Source: Thermodesulfovibrionia bacterium (GTDB taxonomy: Bacteria > Nitrospirota > Thermodesulfovibrionia > UBA6902). From it: DNA of 64,000 bases. The DNA lies in the NCBI GenBank assembly GCA_947259735.1, contig CAMYNN010000009.1, positions 17,856 to 81,855 on the forward strand. The letters are read 5' to 3'. The notes under the pieces are model-generated. The model made no database searches and was not told the DNA's origin. It saw only the letters and a program-made list of their open reading frames with translations. Shown here piece by piece: positions 10,180 through 19,849 of this stretch (positions are counted from its first letter, which is position 1; the number at the start of each line of letters is the position of its first letter). The position numbers were made by a program, and so were the translations under genes.

Positions 10180-10482
10180 TTAAGAAGGTCTCAGTTTATG
10201 GATAAGTTTTATATAGTTGTCCGGCTGTTCCAGGATCTCAACACCCATGCTGTCATAATATCCGTTTGACTTCGCTATCCTTCTCACTCTCACAGGTACA
10301 TGTAATATCTCATCTTTTAATGGAAGGGTTATATCAAACTGGAGTTCAAGCGGAAAGTTTATCTTCCCCGATTTAATATACATTCCCTTTTCCGAGAGGT
10401 TTTCCACTATGCCGAAGTAATCTATGTTAAAGCAATGAAATTCAAGGTTTGCAGCTATTCTCTGAGAGTCTCTTTTTTCCAT
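10180..10482 (-). CDS. PilZ-domain protein (c-di-GMP binding)
   Basis: 100 aa. RxxxR-like SQRIAANLE and N/DxSxxG motif ENLSEKGMYI typical of PilZ. Confidence 0.7.
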   Translation of the reverse strand: MEKRDSQRIAANLEFHCFNIDYFGIVENLSEKGMYIKSGKINFPLELQFDITLPLKDEILHVPVRVRRIAKSNGYYDSMGVEILEQPDNYIKLIHKLRPS

Positions 10483-10612
10483 TTCAAATTCATGAAACGA
10501 GCAAAATTAACTAGATATAAGAATTATTATCAGAATTTGCTTCAATTGTCAAATTTAAAATCATTATAAATATTATAAAAATTGTTAATAGATTTTTTAG
10601 TGAGGAAAAAAA

Positions 10613-10780
10613 AGGCCAGGGGCAATAGGCAATAGGCAATAGGCAATAGGCAATAGGCAATAGGCAATAGGCAATAGGCAATAGGCAATAGGCAATAGGC
10701 CAGAGGCGAGAGGCGAGAGGGGAATAACCAGATACTATTGCATATCTTTTCCTCGCCCATGGCCTATTGCCCCTTGCCTG
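10613..10780. repeat. Hairpin-forming intergenic repeat, copy B: (GGCAATAG)x~11 + (GGCGAGAG)x2 array with terminal inverted repeats around a GGCCATGGGC core; T-runs on both sides (bidirectional terminator-like)
   Basis: Direct reading: aaggccaggg(gcaatagg)n ccagaggcgagaggcgagagggg ...cctcgcccatggcctattgccccttgcctgtttttt. The left end aggccaggggcaatagg is complementary to the right end cctattgccccttgcct. Preceded by gaggaaaaaaaa on the plus strand, which gives a U-tract for the minus-strand transcript. Lies between the gspE-like stop and the PilZ start. Confidence 0.7.
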
Positions 10781-10784
10781 TTTT

Positions 10785-12620
10785 TTAAATTATTCCCGTA
10801 ACCCTGATGATTTCATCAACAGTTGTTATACCCTTCAACAGTTTTTCCACGGCGCCTTCCTTAAGCGTGCGAAGACCTTCTTTTTTTGAGATCTGCTTTA
10901 TCATATCGGGAGTGGCTTTTTCTTCAATTGCTTCCCGTATCTTCTCTGAAATTTCCATGGCCTCAAAAACACCTGTTCTTCCCAGGTAGCCTGTTCCTCT
11001 GCATTGCGGACATCCTTTCCCTGAGGGAACTTCATATTTCCCGGCTGTGTCATAACTCAGACCAAGCATCCTGCAGTCATCTTCAGACAGGGGATACATC
11101 TCAGCGCAATGACTGCACACCTTTCTAATGAGTCTCTGGGCAACTACTCCCGACAGTATTGAGTTGATGAGAAAAGGCTGTATTCCGAGGTCAATCAGCC
11201 GTGTAACGGTACTCGGGGCATCATTGGTGTGCAGTGTTGACATCACGAGATGCCCCGTGAGAGCCGCCTGCATTGCATTCGTCGCAGTCTCGTAATCCCG
11301 TATTTCACCGACCATGATAACATCCGGGTCCTGCCGGAGAATTGTCCGGAGACTGCTCGCGAATGTAGTTCCCAGCTGGGGCTGTATTGATATCTGGTTG
11401 AATTCTTCATACACCATCTCAACAGGGTCTTCTATAGTAGTGAGATTTACATCAGGTGTTGAAAGCGTCTTGAGTGCAGAATAAAGAGTTGTTGTTTTCC
11501 CGCTGCCTGTCGGTCCAGTTACGAGAATAAGACCGTAAGGAGCAGAAATCAATGATCTGAAAATGTTTAATTCTCTTTGTGACATTCCAAGTTCATCAAC
11601 TTGCTGCATCAGGATAGCCGGATCAAATATCCTCATGACAATCTTTTCTCCAAAGGCAACGGGGAGAGTGGAAACACGAAGTTCTATTTCTTTTCCATCC
11701 TGGACAGTCTTGATCCTGCCATCCTGGGGTCTTCTTTTTTCAGCAATATCCATCCGTGAAAGTGTTTTGATCCGTGAAGCAAATGCGGGGAATACCGCCT
11801 TCGGCATTTTGTGAATTGTATGGAGAACACCGTCAATCCTGAAACGCACAAGGCAGTGTTCCCTCTTTGGTTCAATGTGTATGTCCGATGCCCTCTGGGA
11901 ATATGCATAGCGCAGGAGATACTCAACGGCATTGATTATGTGCTGATCGTTTGCCCCGAGTTCCTGGACCGATTTCAGCTTTACATACTGTTCCAGATTA
12001 CCGAGGTCATTCTGAGACGAGAGTTCGTCCTGGGCGGCCGTTATGGATAATTGAAAGCCGTAGAACTCGGTAATAATCTTCATTATGTCCGACCGTGACG
12101 ATACAACTATCTCTATATCATATCCCTTCGACTGTTTAATTCTGTCTATTCCTTCACGATCAAAGGGGTTTGATGTTGCAATGACCAGAGTGTTTCCGGC
12201 AACGCTGATCGGCACAAGCTCGTGCCGCAGCGCATAGGGCTTTGAAATGATTTTAGTCACCACATCAGAATCAAGCTTCAGGGGGTCTATTTTCAGATAG
12301 GGCAGTCCAAAGTGCTTCGCAATCTCCTTCACGATGATATCTTCCGTAATATTCTGACCATTCCCGTTGACCGGCAGGTGCATGGATTCAATAATGTCTA
12401 TTATTGAAATATCAGAATGACGGATCGTCCCCGATGGAACACCTGCACCCTTTGCCTCCCTTGACTTAAGGATTCTCATACGGAACATGTCTTCCTTCGA
12501 CAAAATGTCCCCGACCTGCCTTTCCGATAAAAGGCCTGCCGATAAAAGTATATTCAACACGTTTTCTTTGGTTTTCCTGCTCATAGTGACAACATTATTC
12601 TTTCTGCCTGAACAAGGCAT
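10785..12620 (-). CDS. GspE/PilB/MshE-family secretion ATPase with N-terminal T2SSE_N (MshEN-like) domain
   Basis: 611 aa. Walker [10 protein letters not shown], Asp box, His box ([14 protein letters not shown]), tetracysteine CSHC...[14 protein letters not shown], and an N-terminal GspII_E_N-like domain. Orphan: no adjacent gspF or secretin. Confidence 0.9.
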   Translation of the reverse strand: MPCSGRKNNVVTMSRKTKENVLNILLSAGLLSERQVGDILSKEDMFRMRILKSREAKGAGVPSGTIRHSDISIIDIIESMHLPVNGNGQNITEDIIVKEIAKHFGLPYLKIDPLKLDSDVVTKIISKPYALRHELVPISVAGNTLVIATSNPFDREGIDRIKQSKGYDIEIVVSSRSDIMKIITEFYGFQLSITAAQDELSSQNDLGNLEQYVKLKSVQELGANDQHIINAVEYLLRYAYSQRASDIHIEPKREHCLVRFRIDGVLHTIHKMPKAVFPAFASRIKTLSRMDIAEKRRPQDGRIKTVQDGKEIELRVSTLPVAFGEKIVMRIFDPAILMQQVDELGMSQRELNIFRSLISAPYGLILVTGPTGSGKTTTLYSALKTLSTPDVNLTTIEDPVEMVYEEFNQISIQPQLGTTFASSLRTILRQDPDVIMVGEIRDYETATNAMQAALTGHLVMSTLHTNDAPSTVTRLIDLGIQPFLINSILSGVVAQRLIRKVCSHCAEMYPLSEDDCRMLGLSYDTAGKYEVPSGKGCPQCRGTGYLGRTGVFEAMEISEKIREAIEEKATPDMIKQISKKEGLRTLKEGAVEKLLKGITTVDEIIRVTGII

Positions 12621-12811
12621 AGATAAAGGGTTGCACCCTATTTGTCCGGCTCACATTCCGCCCGCATTTATTGACTCTCCTTCTGTATATAGATATTTAA
12701 CGAGACAAGCAGCATAAACCTTTAATTTTTATATTTTCCTCTGCCAGAGAGCTGAAAGTTTAAAAAATAATGCTGTATTTTTATTCAGATGAGTAAGTAA
12801 AATTAAAGACT

Positions 12812-13495
12812 ATGAAAACGTACAGAAAACCAGCGGTTCTCCTGCTGACCATTCATCTCTTCATCTGTATCTCCTGCGCTGTTATTACCGCTCCCTACAA
12901 GGTTACAAAGGCTGTTCTGAAGGGGAGCATCTGGACCATCAGGGGAGCTTATGAACTGACTGCAGGTACAACAAAGCTTGTCTACAGTGTAGGCAAATTC
13001 ACCTTTCATGTTGTCCGGGCTCCTCTGGAGTGGCCCCTCATAAATGATGATATCGAAGCGATTGACGGTCTCCCCGTGAAGGAGGCTATACGTCAGGGTC
13101 GTGTGAAGAATTCTCCCTACACGGTAAAAGGGAAACGATACTATCCTATGTCTGTGATGGAGTCAAAGAAGTACAACGAGGTGGGTATTGCCTCCTGGTA
13201 CGGCCACGAGACTCTGCGGCAGAAGGGAGGCCATATGACCGCAAATGGTGAAAAGTTCAGTCCCTACGCCCTGACAGCAGCTCACAAGCACCTGCCTCTC
13301 CCTACGAACGTAAAAGTCACTAACCTCAGTAATAACCGGGCAATAGTAGTCAGGGTGAACGACCGAGGTCCCTTTCCGAGCAGAAACAATCCTAACTCGG
13401 GAAAGAGAATTATCGATCTCAGTATGAATGCAGCAAAGAAACTCGGTTTTTATCGCAATGGTACGGCCAGGGTCCGCGTGGAAGTTATCAGTTAA
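12812..13495 (+). CDS. rlpA: Septal ring lytic transglycosylase RlpA-family lipoprotein (double-psi beta-barrel)
   Basis: 227 aa. Lipoprotein signal (LFICISC). DPBB motif IASWYGHETLRQKGGHMTANGEKFSPYALTAAHKHLPLPTNVKVTNLSNNRAIVVRVNDRGPF. Confidence 0.85.
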   Translation: MKTYRKPAVLLLTIHLFICISCAVITAPYKVTKAVLKGSIWTIRGAYELTAGTTKLVYSVGKFTFHVVRAPLEWPLINDDIEAIDGLPVKEAIRQGRVKNSPYTVKGKRYYPMSVMESKKYNEVGIASWYGHETLRQKGGHMTANGEKFSPYALTAAHKHLPLPTNVKVTNLSNNRAIVVRVNDRGPFPSRNNPNSGKRIIDLSMNAAKKLGFYRNGTARVRVEVIS

Positions 13496-14125
13496 GTACA
13501 TGCCTGTTCTCCCGAGGAATAGAGACATTGTTCACCTAAGTAATCACCTCGATGAAACATGAATGATATTCATGATGTTCATGATCTGTTCACGGTTTGT
13601 TTTTTTAATTTTCTATGGGTTATTGTCAGACTATGTCAAGTTACACATTAATGATTTTTCCTGCTTATCAATATATCTGAGTCAATCGGAGTGCCGTTGA
13701 CTCTTCGCTTAAAGCATCAAGTTCAATTCCATTAAAATGAGCTGAATTTATTCCTGAAAGAGAGAGGTTCGGCGGGAGTGAAAAATTTTTTTTATCGGCA
13801 TGAAATAAATAATGTATGCTATGAGCAGGAGGTAGATTTTCATTCTCTTTATTTAAAAGGAGAGGGGGAGATATGTCTGCGCAGGGCTTGAATCATACTC
13901 GAAACAGTGAGGTTTCTGCAAGTATTACGGCCTGACTGCGGAGCAGGAAGACCGAACCGTAAATTTTCGTATAATAGATCACCGGAATTTGCAGGAAAGG
14001 CGGAAAATAAAAAAATATCTCGCCGGACCGGCATTTATTCTGGTAAAATTAAAACAAGCTTTAAAAGCGATTTCTTATCAGTCGGAAAACCGTGGAAAAG
14101 GAGCACCATCCTTTAGGCAGTTCAG

Positions 14126-14941
14126 ATGCGAACCAGGACTAGCGAAGACATGTGGTACGCGAAAACTTCGACCGGCGGGGTTTTCATAAGCTATCGGCGT
14201 CAGGACAGCCAGGGCTTTGCCGGCCGTCTGGCCGACGATCTGACCGATCAGCTCGGTGACGAGCAGATCTTTCGCGACGACGAAATCCCGGAGGGCGAGG
14301 ATTTCACCGAAATTCTGGGCAGCGCGCTCGACACTTGTCGAGCACTGATTGTCGTCATAGGGCGAGACTGGTTGGATACCCGCGATGCCGCTGGTGAGCG
14401 ACGGCTGAATCAACCGGATGACTGGGTGCGACTCGAGATTGAAGCAGCTCTCGCCCGGGATGTGTGGGTTTTGCCGGTGTTGGTGAGTGGAGCAGCCATG
14501 CCCCGGCCAGATGAGCTGCCGCCGAGCCTGGTCGCACTAACGAACGTACAAGCGTTCAATCTCTCCGACCGGCGGTGGGACTACGATATCGAACGGCTCA
14601 TGGCCCTCCTGACCAACCGAATTCCGGCATTGACCGCCGCTTCATCCAAAAAATCCGCCAAATCGGTCAATGGAGAGCGGAGCAGCGAGATCGAATCAAC
14701 CCCCCTGGGCACCGTTATCGCCCGAGTTCAGGAATACCTCGCGACGGCCGCTGGAGATAACGCGAGCAAGCCACGGTGGGGATTGACACTTTTTTTGTCC
14801 GTGATCAGGCGCGCGGTCGTCTTGGGAATAGCGGCGCTGGTGGCGTACTTCGTTTTGGAAAACTACGCGCCGCCGGCGGTCCGGAATTTCGTGTATGGCT
14901 TTCTTGGTTTCGTCGCTGATCTCGTGAGATCGGTTTTTTGA
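14126..14941 (+). CDS. TIR-domain protein with C-terminal transmembrane helices (candidate NADase/defence effector); GC-rich, likely horizontally acquired
   Basis: 271 aa. TIR hallmarks VFISYRRQDSQGFAGRLADDL ... ALIVVIGRDWLDTRD ... DDWVRLEIEAAL (a W-x-x-x-E motif with a putative catalytic Glu). Two predicted C-terminal TM helices (LTLFLSVIRRAVVLGIAALVAYFVL ... FVYGFLGFVADLV). Codon usage and GC (~60%) clearly differ from the flanking genes. Flanked by ~600 and ~500 bp of AT-rich non-coding DNA. An alternative start lies at 14150. Confidence 0.75.
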   Translation: MRTRTSEDMWYAKTSTGGVFISYRRQDSQGFAGRLADDLTDQLGDEQIFRDDEIPEGEDFTEILGSALDTCRALIVVIGRDWLDTRDAAGERRLNQPDDWVRLEIEAALARDVWVLPVLVSGAAMPRPDELPPSLVALTNVQAFNLSDRRWDYDIERLMALLTNRIPALTAASSKKSAKSVNGERSSEIESTPLGTVIARVQEYLATAAGDNASKPRWGLTLFLSVIRRAVVLGIAALVAYFVLENYAPPAVRNFVYGFLGFVADLVRSVF

Positions 14942-15441
14942 GCTGGATAGAAATGAGTCAAAATAAAGAAGAGGATTCAGGACTGACTTCTAACGGCAAT
15001 CAATAAAATACAGTTTCAGCTCATACATTGACTCTTAGATAGAGTCTTCAATTCTTACTGGAACAATTTTCGATAATAACTGGTTTAAATCCTGCCTCAT
15101 TTATTCATTATCGACTGAAAGTTACAGAACCGGACTGTCTCCAATCCCCTCTTATTGAGATTTCAGGGCATTCTTCAAAAAGCGATGCAACTTACAGTAA
15201 CAAACGATTTGAATATTTACTTTTTATTCAACATTACAAATGTAAATCAAACTAATTCAATCTTATTTTTTTCTTTACAAGCGAGCGTTTTGCCCTTGAT
15301 AATTAAACATTTCACTGCTATGATTATGAGTTAATAAGGAAAGAAATTTTATATACGGTATTGGCGACAGATAAATATTAACATCTCCCCCGATTCCATT
15401 ATTAAGCAAGAAATTATAATTTCTGAAAGGAGTAATTTACT

Positions 15442-15711
15442 ATGTCTGAAAAGAACCATGTTCCAGTTCCAAAAAATACACCTGCTTTCATTTGTGCAAA
15501 CTGTGGGGCTGTCGCACTTGACTCAAACAGTATCTGCAAGGTGCAGGGTAAAGGAAAAAAGGCTGACTGGTGCGGCACTAAAGGAGTTAAGCCGCCGGCG
15601 TTTTGTCAAAATAATGTGAATAATGACAGATGGCAGTGTCAAAACTGCGGAACAATATCTGTCAATCCTGAACTTCTCTGCGAGCCTGCAAAACTAAAAG
15701 CAACTGAGTAA
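15442..15711 (+). CDS. Small Cys-rich zinc-ribbon-like protein (two CxxC pairs), unknown function
   Basis: 89 aa. CANCGAV and CQNCGT motifs plus additional Cys. Strong RBS gaaaggag 8 nt upstream of ATG. AT-rich, located within the same island as the TIR gene. Confidence 0.5.
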   Translation: MSEKNHVPVPKNTPAFICANCGAVALDSNSICKVQGKGKKADWCGTKGVKPPAFCQNNVNNDRWQCQNCGTISVNPELLCEPAKLKATE

Positions 15712-15859
15712 ATATTGTCCGGCAATGGTAACATCAGAAAATAATCTCATGAATAGTCGAATCTTATTCATGACAACCTCTTAAATGTATTTTAGCAGAA
15801 GAGTTACAAGTGCAACAGAGCCGAAGTGGAAATGGATAATTAATCCGAAAATACATGGT

Positions 15860-16366
15860 TTATTGTGACACCAGATCCTTTACCATGCTCTCCGGTCTAT
15901 CCACTGACAGCAAAAAAGGTCTGCCATTTCGTTGTTCGATGAAGATGAAGCTGTCAATCCTTGTTATATAGAAGCGGATGAATCCCCGTTTTCGACTCCA
16001 GAGGAGACCAAATCCGCCGAACAGCCCGCCCACCCCTATTCTCACTGCGAAGCCGATTTCCTTCTTCACCTGGTCTTTATCAAGTGTACGAACTCCGACA
16101 ATACCGGCTCTCGCTATATGGAACTTTCTCAAGGGCCAGACTATTGTCAAACCTGTGCTGTCTACAATATAATGAGACGGTCTCATCCAGAGCCAGACAC
16201 CGATCATGAGAAGAACAAAGAACAGTGCTATCGGAATCAGCGGTGTATTATGATCAGTAAGGGCGAAATAGATAAGGAGAAGAGGGACTGCTGCAATGAC
16301 ATACGTAATCACCCTGATTGAGCCCGACATGGGCGGGGTCCTGTATGTTGATGCTCGTTCCCTCAT
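15860..16366 (-). CDS. Membrane protein with bacterial PH-like (bPH_2/DUF304-type) domain
   Basis: ORF 15860..16432. The upstream transporter ORF ends at 16363, so the probable start is an internal Met (MRER at 16366 or MSGS at 16330). Two TM helices followed by a PH-like fold (PSHYIVDSTGLTIVWPLRKFHIARAGIVGV). Confidence 0.5.
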   Translation of the reverse strand: MRERASTYRTPPMSGSIRVITYVIAAVPLLLIYFALTDHNTPLIPIALFFVLLMIGVWLWMRPSHYIVDSTGLTIVWPLRKFHIARAGIVGVRTLDKDQVKKEIGFAVRIGVGGLFGGFGLLWSRKRGFIRFYITRIDSFIFIEQRNGRPFLLSVDRPESMVKDLVSQ

Positions 16367-17346
16367 TCGGCCCGAATACCGTCTTTCCTTCTCTGTAAGA
16401 TACCATATTTCCTGTTCAGACCCGCAAACCACACTGCTGACTGCTGCTGAATAAGAAATGCAAGTGCGACCATCATAGTCGTTTGCGGGCCGAATGCAGA
16501 GGCTGCAAGACCGATGGAAATGGCGAGGTTTCTTAAGACAAGACTGAGTACAAGGGTTATCCCGTCAACGTCACTGAAAGACTTTCTGGCCACAGTAATG
16601 ACGGTTAAATAAATCAGGATGTAAAATATTACAAGTGCCGTCAGCCCTTTCAGGAGAAGTCCCGGATATGCAATGATCATTTGGGCCTTCAGGCTGATAC
16701 TGGTAAAGATTATATAGATAAGCCCCCACGAACTGATACCGGGAAGGAGAGGCCGTATGCGTGAATTAAATTCTTCCTCCGTTAATCTCTTCATCAAAAC
16801 GCTATATGTTAATATCCCCATTCCCATAGGAAGAAAAACGACAACTGCAATGTTCTTGAATACATTCACAATATCCACGGGGACATATTTTCCAACAATA
16901 AAATAAAGATAGAGTGGTGCAAGGAATGAACCGGTAACGAGGCTGACCGTCGTAAGCTTTATAGCCGCTTTCACATTGCCTTTAAAAAGCATCGTAAATG
17001 CAATAATCATGGTGCCCCCGGGTACAACGGATATGATGATCAGGCCGGTAAACAGCTCAGGATATTGCTGAAGAAAGACAAAACCTGTTATGCAGGCAAT
17101 AAGAGGGATAATAAACAGATTAAAGAGGAGATTGAACAACAGTATCCTTTTTTCTTTCAATAGGGCAAGATCGCTGAACCTGAATCCTATCATGGAAGGA
17201 TAAATGGTACAGATGATAACGGGCAGCATAAAGCTCTTCAGCGGCTCAGTATCAATAAAATATCCTGATATCAGACCGGCAATAATGACGGAAGGGAGGA
17301 TGTATTTAAGATTTCTTGATGGAAATGTCAGTATTTTCCTGATCAA
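16363..17346 (-). CDS. Polytopic membrane transporter, bile acid:sodium symporter (BASS)/ACR3-like family
   Basis: 327 aa, about 10 predicted TM helices, composition and length typical of the BASS/SBF family. No soluble domains. Confidence 0.55.
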   Translation of the reverse strand: MIRKILTFPSRNLKYILPSVIIAGLISGYFIDTEPLKSFMLPVIICTIYPSMIGFRFSDLALLKEKRILLFNLLFNLFIIPLIACITGFVFLQQYPELFTGLIIISVVPGGTMIIAFTMLFKGNVKAAIKLTTVSLVTGSFLAPLYLYFIVGKYVPVDIVNVFKNIAVVVFLPMGMGILTYSVLMKRLTEEEFNSRIRPLLPGISSWGLIYIIFTSISLKAQMIIAYPGLLLKGLTALVIFYILIYLTVITVARKSFSDVDGITLVLSLVLRNLAISIGLAASAFGPQTTMMVALAFLIQQQSAVWFAGLNRKYGILQRRKDGIRAE

Positions 17347-17541
17347 TTATGACCTCTTTCGGGTTTCTGCAGATAATTATACAGGAATGGCTGAATATAC
17401 ATTCTTAGCATCCGTCTGCAATCAGCCGTCGGCCGTCAGCGACCAGCTTTCAGCATAAGACTGACAGGGCTGCCGTGGCTGAGGCAGTGTCCCATTAGCA
17501 CTCATATATTTTTGCTCTGAGGTAGTACGGAAGGTTCGCTA

Positions 17542-17739
17542 AAAATGAACGTCGAACGTCCAACATCCAACGTTCAACATCGAATTAAAAAAATAAACTT
17601 CCAATACCGAATATTCAATACTTGTTTTTTCACCCAGCCGTTTTAATAAGCGAAGCAAAAATCTAAATTAATTCTTCTTTTCCTTCATTTTTCCATTCAA
17701 CATTCAATGTTGGACGTTGGACGTTCGATGTTCATTTTT
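17542..17739. repeat. Large imperfect inverted repeat (arms ~44 bp built from NCAACRT heptamer tandem repeats) flanking a ~108-bp AT-rich loop; MITE-like or structured regulatory element
   Basis: Left arm aaaatgaacgtcgaacgtccaacatccaacgttcaacatcgaat (17542-17585). Right arm attcaacattcaatgttggacgttggacgttcgatgttcatttt (17694-17737). The outer ~30 bp are complementary with 2 mismatches. Lies in the divergent promoter region between the transporter and the dsrE-like gene. Confidence 0.7.
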
Positions 17740-17911
17740 CAAAAGATCCTAGTACGGCATAAACTCTAATCGTGAATGTTTACAATACAGCTTAGCATTT
17801 ATGGGGCAATGCCTCATTCTAATTATTATTAATGACACTTTTGTTTTAAGTGTTACAATAATTAAGCAACGTGATTGTTTACTAATAAAACGCCTTTTCA
17901 GGAGAGCCCGC

Positions 17912-18268
17912 ATGAAACGTCTAAAAGTACTGTTTCACATTAATGAAATCGAAAGATGGGACACAGCCCTCGGAAATATTATCAATCTCCTGAAGGATGT
18001 GGGAGAAGACGCGGTCGATGCGGTGGTCCTCGGGAATGGTCCTTCTATTAATGCCTATGGTAATGAGACTAAACTGTCGGTAATGAAAGGCCTCTCCGAA
18101 AGAGGTGTCAGATTTCTTGCCTGCAGAAATTCTCTGCGAAAAATGTGCTCATCAGGTGATTCCTGTATTGCAGAAGATGCCCTCTCTTCATTCATAGAGG
18201 TCGTTCCTGCCGGTATTACTGCGATAATCAGAATTCAGTCCGATGGTTATGCCTATGTCAAGCCCTAG
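17912..18268 (+). CDS. DsrE/DsrF-like family protein (DrsE_2-type sulfur-relay-like fold)
   Basis: 118 aa from the ATG at 17912 (RBS ggagag). The longer ORF from 17801 is probably an artefactual extension. MKRLKVLFHINEIERW ... VVLGNGPSINAY ... RFLACRNSL, with a conserved Cys in the ACRNS context. Confidence 0.65.
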   Translation: MKRLKVLFHINEIERWDTALGNIINLLKDVGEDAVDAVVLGNGPSINAYGNETKLSVMKGLSERGVRFLACRNSLRKMCSSGDSCIAEDALSSFIEVVPAGITAIIRIQSDGYAYVKP

Positions 18269-18277
18269 AGAATGTCT

Positions 18278-18360
18278 GGGGTCAAACCTTCAATATTCAT
18301 TTATAAAATACTTTATGAATAATAGTAATCTTGAAAATTGAATTATGAAGGTTTGACCCC
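18278..18360. terminator. Bidirectional hairpin between convergent genes (15-bp perfect stem GGGGTCAAACCTTCA / TGAAGGTTTGACCCC, AT-rich loop with a nested inverted repeat)
   Basis: Read directly. Lies between the dsrE-like stop (18268) and the VKOR-Trx stop (18376). Confidence 0.6.
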
Positions 18361-18375
18361 ATGGATTCTCTCCCG

Positions 18376-19311
18376 TCATTGGGTACTGACATAACCTGAA
18401 AGAGCTGACAACCGCTCAGGAGTGAGTACCCCCTGATATGTTTGCCCTCCAACAATCCATGTAGGGTACGAGTTAATTCTATTCTTTATGCAGACAGCGG
18501 CCTTCGGTCCTGATCGCCCCTGTGGAGAGCATTCCACGTAGGGCACTCTGTCTACTGATGCCTCGAACAGATCCTTCTGTTCCACGCAGGCCGGTCACCA
18601 ATAGGCACCGTACATAACTGCATTTTCCTTTGAGAGATGGAGAGCCAATCCCTTCAAAAAGGGATCTTCCGGGCCGGCCGAAGAATCGAAAACACCACTG
18701 TAATGTAAATGCATACCCCCGATGAGCAGCATGGTCACGACAACTGTCTCTCCCGCCCAGGTTGTAAATTTAAAGGTGCGCAATCCAGCCGGCCGCTGGG
18801 AAATTACCACCCCGAATATGACAGCCATAATTGTAAGCGAAGCGAGGCAGTAAGCACACAGAGCCTCAATCACAAAAAGAGAAATTGCATTGAGATAAAC
18901 ACTGTAGCACAGGCCCAGCAAAGAGAATGCCCAGGCCCACTTCCAGTGCTTCTCCCGATCGCGGACCCGGAACCCGATATGCCCCAACACTGCATAGGTC
19001 AGGAAACCAAGGAAAGCTGTCGGCACACCGAGGAAGGTACCCCACCGGCTTTGCTGAACGATGTCGCAGGAGCTTCCATCATCGCAGTACAAAGGTGCCT
19101 GATCCAGCAAGGATGTAATTACAAGGTACGCTGTTAACACCATCCCGACTACGGCCAATGCTGTCAGTGGCCAGTTTGGACGTTCCCGCCTCTGCGGAAC
19201 CGTATGACGCTTCTTCTTTTTCTGCGCTACCGCTTTTTCCTGAGACGCCATCTCTGTCTGATTCGAGGGCTTCTCCTGAGGAGGCTTCTGGCGTTTTCTT
19301 TTTTTACCCAA
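18376..19311 (-). CDS. Vitamin K epoxide reductase (VKOR)-thioredoxin-like fusion; candidate selenoprotein with in-frame TGA (Sec) replacing the first Cys of the Trx CxxC motif (U-P-A-C)
   Basis: The ORFs at 18595..19311 (VKOR: loop Cys pair CDDGSSC, TM CxxC = CAYC) and 18376..18585 (Trx-like tail VEQKDLFEASVDRVPYVECSP...YPTWIVGGQTYQGV) are in the SAME frame, separated only by TGA-CCG-GCC-TGC. The read-through gives ...MYGAYW-U-PAC-VEQKDLFE. This matches, as far as I recall, the GAYWCPHCQEQKELF junction of cyanobacterial VKOR-Trx proteins, with U aligned to the first Cys. A small hairpin (AACAGAAGGAUCUGUU) lies ~14 nt downstream of the UGA. Confidence 0.65.
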
Positions 19312-19849
19312 TTTCCTGTCCTTAACTCGCGTGTAGGATTATGATAGCAAATTATGCTGGAATATTTATATCATATCTGTACCTGGCTGTGCCCAAAGTA
19401 TGCTATGGCTTAGAAGCAGACAGATACTCTTTCATATATATCTGTATGATATATCATACGTTGGTGATAAATATTTGACGCTGTTGTGAAAATAAGCATG
19501 TATATTATTAATTTAATTAACTGAAAGCCGTCCATTACGTTAAATGCCTTTACAATTACGTGTAAATTTCATCATAAAACAATGAATTCCAGTTTGGCAA
19601 CAATATTGCTATTTATCTATTATATATAAAAGATGAGATCCCTTAATGTGGAGGCGCCATGACATCACAGACACTATTTCTTGAACTAGGAAGAGTTATA
19701 ATGAATCCATACCAAAAGATGAAGCTCATTATTGAAGAGAAAAGAAGAATAAAGGAAAAACGGTTGGGGATTAAAATGGCAGTCCTGTCAGGAAGCATAC
19801 GAAGGGTTAAATAATTATTCTGGTGCCTTTCCCCGGGGGATATCTCCTC

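Noticed and set aside
10613-10720. Possible CRISPR array suggested by regularly spaced short repeats
   Set aside because: The units are contiguous 8-mers with no spacers, no cas genes and no leader. It is a microsatellite-type array, not CRISPR.
10542-10760. 72-aa ORF (…[20 protein letters not shown]…) on the minus strand
   Set aside because: It is simply the translation of the (GGCAATAG)n tandem array. It has no RBS and its composition is fixed by the repeat, so it was treated as a non-coding repeat element.
19659-19814. 51-aa ORF (MTSQTLFLELGRVIMNPYQKMKL…) with a GGAGG 9 nt upstream in the AT-rich region between the VKOR gene and the second PilZ
   Set aside because: It is too short and without recognisable similarity to call. 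It may be a real small protein, but the support is a single RBS-like motif.
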